Positions 49,560 through 56,315 of a stretch of DNA of 56,315 nucleotides are shown piece by piece. The position numbers and the translations under genes are program-made. The DNA is from Chiloscyllium plagiosum (lineage: Eukaryota), in assembly GCF_004010195.1 (NCBI RefSeq), contig NC_057718.1:33133690-33190004 (forward strand), given 5' to 3'. The stretch's first letter is position 1. Each line of letters begins with the position of its first letter. The notes beneath the pieces are model-generated. The model saw only the letters and a list, made by a program, of their open reading frames with translations. It searched no databases and was not told where the DNA came from.

Positions 49560-50009
49560 TATCAATCACTCAGTCGCCATGGAGTTCCAGGCGGCAGTGT
49601 CGGATGTCCCTCCTCCCCCACCCACAACCCTCGCCTCTCTTCCCCGCCCCAGTCCTCCCTCTCTCTCTCCCCCCCCCCCCCCCTTCATCACCGTCTCCGT
49701 CCACCAAGTGCTGCGCGATCACCATTAACTGTCCGGCCAACGGCGCGGGGGCTGCTGTCTTTCCCGTTAGAGGACGGTGTCGGGCTCCGTGTGGCCGGAG
49801 GCGGCCGTTTGTCGGGTGTTGCCCTCCCTCCCTCGCTGCTCGGTCGGTGACAGTTGGACCTGAGCTTCTGGCTGGTGCCGTTTCTCTCCCTCCCCTCCCC
49901 TCCCCCGTCCTTTTATCTGTATTTCTTGCTCTCTGTCTGTCTCTGTCTTTCTATGGTGCGTTGCGGGTTGAGATGTTTCTGAAGGCGAGGTGTTTGCGGT
50001 GGAGTTAAG
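49560..50009 (+). other. Probable non-coding first exon of an unidentified plus-strand gene
   Basis: Consensus donor AAG|gtaagt at 50009/50010 at the island edge; ATG-initiated frames stop before the donor; start approximate. Confidence 0.7.
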
Positions 50010-50399
50010 GTAAGTGCGACAAATTCTCACCCGCCCCCCCGAGTCTTTATTCATGATCTCCAACAAAGGGGAGCTTTTTAATGCAATAACGTTGCGCATA
50101 AAATCTGTGCATGATTTTAAAATGTGTTGGAAACTCTGGATTTACGATTTCCAGGATATCAGTTCCCTTTCGACCTCCCCGATATTTTAGGGGAGTGAAA
50201 GGGAAGATCTTTGATCTTACTTGAGGTCCCTTTCATCTCCCTCCGCTCTCCTTGTGTCAGCTGGAAACGTATGCTTTTTGTTCTACAAAGGGTCAAACAT
50301 TATTCTTGAAGATTTGTTTAATGTATTTCTGTTTTTTCATTTTCTAAGTAGCTTTCGTTCTCCTCCCCTCCCCCCGTTTAAACTATCCCTTTTGTTCCT

Positions 50400-50565
50400 G
50401 ACTCGCCATCACTCAACAGCGGTGTCACTCTGTTCTCTCTGACTGTAGGAGCTTTCTGTGTGCAAATTGATAGCTGTAAATCCTGCATTACAACAGCCTT
50501 TGGATTTCAAAAGTGCATTTGGATCTCCTGATGTTATCAGTGGCGCTGTATGAATTTAAGTCTGT
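50400..50565 (+). mobile_element. Deu-domain SINE 3' fragment
   Basis: CTGTGTGCAAATTG.TAGCTG..CATTACAACAG resembles the reverse complement of 22770-22850. Confidence 0.5.
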
Positions 50566-51146
50566 CGGTGGTTGTGTGCAAAATGCTGCCCAATGCTGTA
50601 ATTCTAAGTATACTTTTTATATGTCAGTCCTACCTTCCAGTTGTGTGCCAGGTGGTATCTGAACCTGAGGGCTCTTGTGTAGTGTTAATGTCCCTAGCTC
50701 CAGAGCTAAGAGACCCTGGTTCACATCCCATCTGTTCCCAGAGATATGTAACAACTTCTCTTTAACAAGTTGATTTAAAACAAAATTGTATAGTCACGGT
50801 GTTACTAGCCTTTCCTTTTTCTGATATCTATTTGTGGTGAAGTAGATGACTAAAACTGTCTCATTATCAATGTTTTGGTTGTATGATGAATTTCTTTAGA
50901 TGGAATGAACCTGAACAGATTTCAAAGTCATTGGATTTCACTGTTGTCATTTTTCCCAAGCTGAAGAAAGAGACTTGAGAATAATCTTAATTTTAACTAG
51001 GATCCAGTTTATTTCTTTGACACAGTTGGGTCATTAAAAATATTTTTTTGTATCTGACTAGCCTGGAGTGGTGTCTGTTTCTCTGAGAAAGGGAATGCTA
51101 TGTTTTAAATGCTTTATCAATTTCCTGTCAACCTTCGAATGTGTTC

Positions 51147-51305
51147 ATGATTTTGGAGGTGTTGGTGTTGGACTGGGGTGTACAAAGTTTAACAATCTCA
51201 TATAACCAGGTTTTAGTCCAACAGGTTTATTTGGAAGCACTAGCTTTTGGAACGCTGCTCCTTTGAGGTAAGCCTGTTGGACTATAACCTAGTGTTGTGA
51301 TTTTT
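51147..51305. mobile_element. Penelope-derived fold-back fragment, third family
   Basis: TAGTCCAACAGG and CCTGTTGGACTA form an inverted pair. Confidence 0.7.
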
Positions 51306-51454
51306 ATCTTAAAATGTGTTGGCTGCAATACACCTAGCGCACTTCATTTGCTGATTATTCATGTTTTGCCATTTTAATTTAATGTCCTTTAGTCTGTTGA
51401 GACTGAGCATTTAAGAATGAGGGCAGAGCAGTAGATATTGTTACTTTTGAGGGG

Positions 51455-51580
51455 TAGGGTTTGCTCGCTGAGCTGTAGGTTTGATATCCAGACGTTTCAT
51501 TACCTGGCTAGGTAACATCAGTGGTGACCTCCAAGTGAAGCGAAGCTGTTGTCTCCTGCTTTCTATTTATATCTTTCTCC
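51455..51580 (-). mobile_element. Penelope terminal repeat fragment
   Basis: Reverse complement reads GATGTTACCTAGCCAGGTAATGAAACGTCTG, as at 55114-55150. Confidence 0.8.
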
Positions 51581-51925
51581 TGGATGTTTACTTTGACTTT
51601 AGTAAAGCCTTTGATAAGGTTCTGCATGGTATGCTAATTAGTAAAGTTAGATCACATGGGATTCAGGGTGAGCTTGCTAATGGGATTCAAAATTGGCTTT
51701 ACGGTAGCTGGCAGAGGATGGTGGTGGAGGGCTGATTTTTGGACGAGAGGTCTGTGATGAGCGGTGTTCTAAGGGATCAGTACTGGGTGCTACGTGAGTA
51801 GGAAAGGGTTGAAGGGATGTGGGCCAACTGCAAGCAGGTGGGGCTAGTTTAGTTTGAGAACATGGTTGTCATGGTCTGCTTGGACTGAAGGGTCTGTCCA
51901 TGCTGTCTGATTCTGTGACTCTATA
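51581..51925 (+). mobile_element. CR1 RT fragment joined to a 3' end (internal deletion)
   Basis: DVYFDFSKAFDKV..WQRMVVEG followed by 3'UTR. Confidence 0.85.
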
Positions 51926-52539
51926 GTTTAGGTAAGATTGCTACTGAGAAATCTGTGGTTTGAAATTTGGCTTTATGCACTAATGACTAAATTCTAACTA
52001 AGCATTCATATTTGAAATTATCATTAAACTAAAATTGAAATTAGTGTCTTTGTAACTGAGTTAACTGTAGCAAAGCATATGTTCAACTTGTTCAAGTTTT
52101 TGTAAAAAAAAGGTTATACAACGTACTGTCATGAAATGCATCAGGAAGTTAAGCAGAACTTTGAAAAACTTGTCTTTGGCTTTTTCTCTCAGATATAGTA
52201 AATCAGTTGCTGAATTTATTGTGAATGAATGTCATCATACAATTGAGATTTACTTGATTATTCAGTATATTTTGAACATAACTTCCAGTATTGGAGTCTG
52301 GAAAATATTGTCAATATGTCTAAATATTTGCTCAGTGAATAAAATATTTAAATTTTAGCTGGTATGGAATAATATTTCTTCAGGAAGCTGCTAGTTTTCT
52401 CCTGTATTGTAGTAAAAAAGAGAGGAAACAGCACCTTTCATAACCTCGTGTCAACAGATGTGCTTTAGTTTTAAGGAGAATTGAGGAAACGTGACAGCTA
52501 ATTGTACGTGGCTAGCAGCAATGAAATAAAACACCAAAT

Positions 52540-52790
52540 CTTCTGTCCATAATGTTGGATAAGAAATGTGTTCACCAGGGTACCAGTAGCACTTTCTAGT
52601 TTGAGTAGGGTGTTGAGATCTTTTCCATCGACTAAGGGGAGAGTGAAAGCAGGGTGTCTGTTTAACATCTCATTCAGGAAATGTCTCCTCTGACCCTGTA
52701 TTGCTTTTTCAGTATTACACTAAAGCATCACTCATAAACATGGGGGCTTATGCCCATAGCACACTAATGCCACTAGTCAAGATTGACACT
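52540..52790 (-). mobile_element. Degraded Deu-domain SINE
   Basis: GGATAA..CCAGGGTACC..GATCTTTT..GTTTAACATCTCAT core. Confidence 0.5.
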
Positions 52791-53321
52791 GAAGCAGGAT
52801 CTGATTTCTCTGAAATAGTTGGGGTGATTGGCCTCATTCCTGCATTCACTTCTTTGTGGCAATTAGTCATTTGAATTTGTTTTAACTACACCATATAATG
52901 TAATAAACAATCAAATTACAGTTTACAGACCATGTAGTTTTACTACTAGATCTGCTGGTTTTCTGATAGGAGCAGGAGAAGAAACCGGTGTTTAGCTTAA
53001 GACAGTGTTTTGGACCTCTTCTCTCCTATTTGAAAAATGGTCCCTGTTAAAATTGAACCCTGCCTTAATTTAATATTTTTCAAATTCTGTGAAAGTCTGA
53101 TAGTCTACGTGGACTGGTACTCAACAGTAATCCTAATCTGACATTTGTGGAATATCGGAAGCAAAAGTGATATGATTTTTGATGACCCTTGAAATGCCAT
53201 AGCATACAAGGCTACAGACCAAGTGCTTGAAAATGAGATTAGCATAGTTAGATATTTAACTGACATGGACACAATTGGTCGAAGGACCTCTTTCCATGCT
53301 GTAAAAAGTCTCTGACTCTGG

Positions 53322-54225
53322 TTGTAAGTTTACTCACTGAGCTGGAAGGTTTGTTTTCAAGCGTTTCATTACCATACTAGGTAACGTCGTCATCAGTGAA
53401 CCTCCAGTGAAGCACTGGTGTTATGTCCTGCAGTCTATTTGTGTGAAACAAAGCTGCATTAGAACATTATTTCAACTGGCTACCACACACTGCAGCACAG
53501 AGAAACTACAAAGAGCAGAAGAAAATCTATACAGCGTATTTGAAAAGAACGGGTACCAAATGAACACAGTCCATCGATTTTTTTTTTTTCTCATCAACAA
53601 AACCGAACCGTCAAAATGCACCCCGAAACCCTGGCCACTCTTATCTACATCCAAGACATCTTAGAAATGACTGCCAGACTACTCTGACCTCTTAGCATCA
53701 TGGTAGCTCACAAACCCACCAACACACTACAACATCAGCTAATGAACTTGAAAGACCCTACACGGACAGCAAGCAAAACAAATATAATTTACAAAATACT
53801 TTGTAACAAACACTGCATTGGACAAATGGGCAGAAAGCTAGCCACCAGAATATATGAACATCAACTAGCCACAAAAAGATATGACCCACTCTCTCACTAG
53901 TATCCTTGCATAAGGATGAGAAAGGGCACCACATCCATCCTAGGACAAGCCAAACAAACACACACGTGAATTCCTAGAAGCATGGCATTCCAACTGGAAC
54001 TCTTACCAACAAACACACTGATTTGACCCCATCTACTACTTTGAGAACAAGAACAGGAAATGACATCACCAACTCACGGAAACCTAAACACCTAAATAGA
54101 AAGCAGGAGATAACACCAGCACTTCATTGGAGGCTCACTGATGTTACTTAATATGATGAAACATCTGAAAACAAACTTCCACCTCAGAAAGCAAGCTAAC
54201 ATCCAGGACCTCAACATGAGCTATA
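53322..54225 (+). mobile_element. Penelope-like element 3' part (GIY-YIG) with an inverted 5' terminal repeat
   Basis: NIIYKILC..HCIGQMGRKLATRIYEH; inverted repeat copy at 53322-53440. Confidence 0.9.
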
Positions 54226-54314
54226 AAGTCTCTGACTCTCTCTATGACTTACTGACACAATCTTAATTTGTTCTATGTTTGTGCAAAATTGTGCTGATTA
54301 ATTGCTTCTCTAGA

Positions 54315-55228
54315 TGTAGTTTTGCTCGCTGAGCTGGAAGGTTGGTTTTCATACGTTTTGTCACCATACTAGCTAACATCAATGAAGATTAGAATGGTGC
54401 TGGAAAAGCGCAGCAGGTCAGGCAGCATCTGAGGAACAGGAAAATCGACATTTCAGGCAAAAGCTCTTCATCTTCAGTGAGCCTCTGGATGAAGCACTGA
54501 TGGTGTAGCCCACTTTCTGTTTATATGTTTGGGCTTCTTTGGGTGGTTGATGTCATTTCCTGTTCATTCTCAGTTTCCTGTTCATTCTCAGGGGCTGGTA
54601 AATGGGATTCAAGTCACTGTTGTTTAGATTTCCGGTTGGAACGCCATGCTTCTAGGAATTTTTGTCTCTGTTTGTTTGGCTCATCCTAGGATGGATGTGT
54701 TGTCCCAGTCGATGTTGTGTCCTTCCTCATCTGTATGTAAGGATACTAGTGAGAGTGGACCATGTCTCTTTTTGGATAGTTGATGTTCCTGTATCCTGAT
54801 GGCTAGTTTTCTGCCTGTTTGTCCAATGTGGTGTTCGTTACAGTTCTTGTAAGGTATTTTGTAAATTACATTAGTTTGGCTTGTTGTCTGTATAGGGTCT
54901 TTCAAATTCATTTGCTGCTGTTTTAGTGTGGTGTGTTTGTGGTCAACCATGATGTCAAGAGGTCTGTGGAATGGTGCCATTTACCAACCCGGAGTACGTG
55001 TTCCCATTTACCACCCCCTGAAAAAGAACGGGAAATGATATCAACTACCCAAGGGAACCCAAACGCATAAATAGAAAGTGGGCTACACCACCAGTGCTTC
55101 ATCTGGAGGCTCACTGAAGATGTTACCTAGTATGGTAATGAAACGTCTGAAAATGAATCTTCCAGCTTAGCGAACAAACCTACATCCAGAACCTCAATCT
55201 GAGCTACATATCTTCTCAAAACTCACTA
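54315..55228 (-). mobile_element. Penelope-like element 3' part (GIY-YIG) with an inverted terminal repeat; nested insert at about 54385-54470
   Basis: NVIYKIPYKNCNEHHIGQTGRKLAIRIQEH (ORF 54681-54980); plus-oriented repeat at 55020-55228. Confidence 0.9.
55111..55150 (+). ncRNA. Minimal hammerhead ribozyme motif
   Basis: TCA-CTGAAGA-T-GTTACC tagtat GGTAAT-GAAAC-GTC-TGA. Confidence 0.7.
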
Positions 55229-55397
55229 ATTGCTTAATGTTAATTGCAGAAAGTTGCAATTCATGCCCTGTCTATTAATCCTGAATAATTTCATGGTGTT
55301 TATGATACATGAATTCTCAGAAAAACATCTCAATAAAACTATTGAGCCTTTTGGGCAACAGCCGAATGCACATCAAAAATTCTGTTTAAAATAATTA

Positions 55398-56030
55398 GTC
55401 ATAGAGATGTGCAGCTCGGAAGCAGACACTTAAGTCCAACACGTTAAAGCCGACCAGATATCCTAACCTAATGTAGTCCCATTTGTCAGCACTCGCCCCA
55501 TATCCCTCTTAAACCCTTCCTATGCATATAACCATCCAAATGCCTTTTTAAATGCTGCAATTGTACCAGCCTCCACTACTACTTCTGGCAGCTCATTCCG
55601 TACACGCACCACTCTCTGCATGAAAACGTTGCCCCTTAGGTCCCTTCTATATCTTTCCCCTCTCATCCTAAACCTGTGCCCGCTAGTTCTGGACTTTCCC
55701 ACCCAAGGGAAAGGACCTTGTCTGTTTATCCTATTCATGCCCCTCATGATTTTATAAACCTCTAAAGTCACCGCTCAGCCTCCGATGCTGCAGGGAAAAC
55801 AATCTGTTCAGCCTCTCCTTATAGCTCAAATCCTCCAACCCTGGCAACATCCTTAAATCTTTTCTGAACCCTTCAAGTTTCACAACATCCTTCCAATAGG
55901 AAGGAGCCCAGAATTGCATGCCATTTTCCAACACTGGCCTAACCAATATCCTGTACTGCTGCAACATTACTTCCCAACTCCTATACTCAATGCTCTGACC
56001 AATAAAGGAAAGCATACCAAATGCCACCTT
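55398..56030 (-). mobile_element. CR1 LINE 3' fragment
   Basis: AFGMLSFIGQSIEYRSWEVML..WNELP-like motifs and 3'UTR. Confidence 0.95.
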
Positions 56031-56315
56031 CATCCCCCTCCGTCCACGCATCAATGAATTTAATACACGCCGTGACGTCGAACAATTCTTTCGTCTCCTC
56101 CGCCCACAGTGGTAGTCTGGCGCACTGACCTCTACACTGCTGAAGCCAAACGCCAACTCGAGGATACCTCTTACTACTGCCCCCTTGACCATGAGCCCCC
56201 ATCACCAAACCATCATCTCCCAGACCATACAGAACCTCATCACCTCAGGAGATCTCCCACCCACAGCTTCCAACCTCATAGTCCGGGAACCCCGCACTGC
56301 CCGGTTCTACCCCCT
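56025..56315 (+). mobile_element. Penelope-like RT N-terminal fragment, running off the window
   Basis: TFIPLRPRINEF..VVVWRTDLYTAEAKRQLED..NLIVREPRTARFY. Confidence 0.85.

Larger units (their letters stand above)
49440..50045. promoter_or_regulatory. CpG-island promoter, probably bidirectional
   Basis: Only CpG/GC-rich non-repeat segment in the window; ATTGG (CCAAT) boxes at 49506-49510 and 49544-49548; SP/KLF-like CCACGCCCAC at 49474-49483. Confidence 0.85.

Noticed and set aside
49579..49728. MEFQAAV start resembling the EIF2B3 N-terminus (MEFQAVV)
   Set aside because: The similarity ends after seven residues and the ORF stops at 49728. No gene symbol was assigned.
49224..50099. Overlapping 110-208 aa ORFs in the CpG island
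   Set aside because: They are low-complexity, occur on both strands and are expected from high GC content. No domain is recognisable.

Overview
Non-bacterial, AT-rich vertebrate genomic DNA. The repeat repertoire (HE1-type V-SINEs, HER1/CR1-type LINEs, Deu-domain SINEs, Penelope and Harbinger relics) points to a cartilaginous fish, probably a shark. Much of the window is transposon-derived, and most listed ORFs are LINE/SINE fragments or chance. Two things stand out outside the repeats. (1) A series of short minus-strand exons with good splice signals, largely missed by the ORF track. By-eye comparison with remembered otoancorin/mesothelin/stereocilin sequences suggests a very divergent member of that family (42.1 to 11.4 kb, ending in a hydrophobic tail, with several apparent lesions), followed by a second tandem copy (about 8.2 to 2.4 kb). 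(2) A CpG-island promoter at about 49.45-50.05 kb with splice donors on both strands. Many Penelope-derived fragments carry minimal hammerhead-ribozyme cores, often as fold-back insertions with 12-16 bp target-site duplications. There is a 530-N assembly gap. All family assignments come from manual reading, not database searches, and repeat boundaries are approximate.
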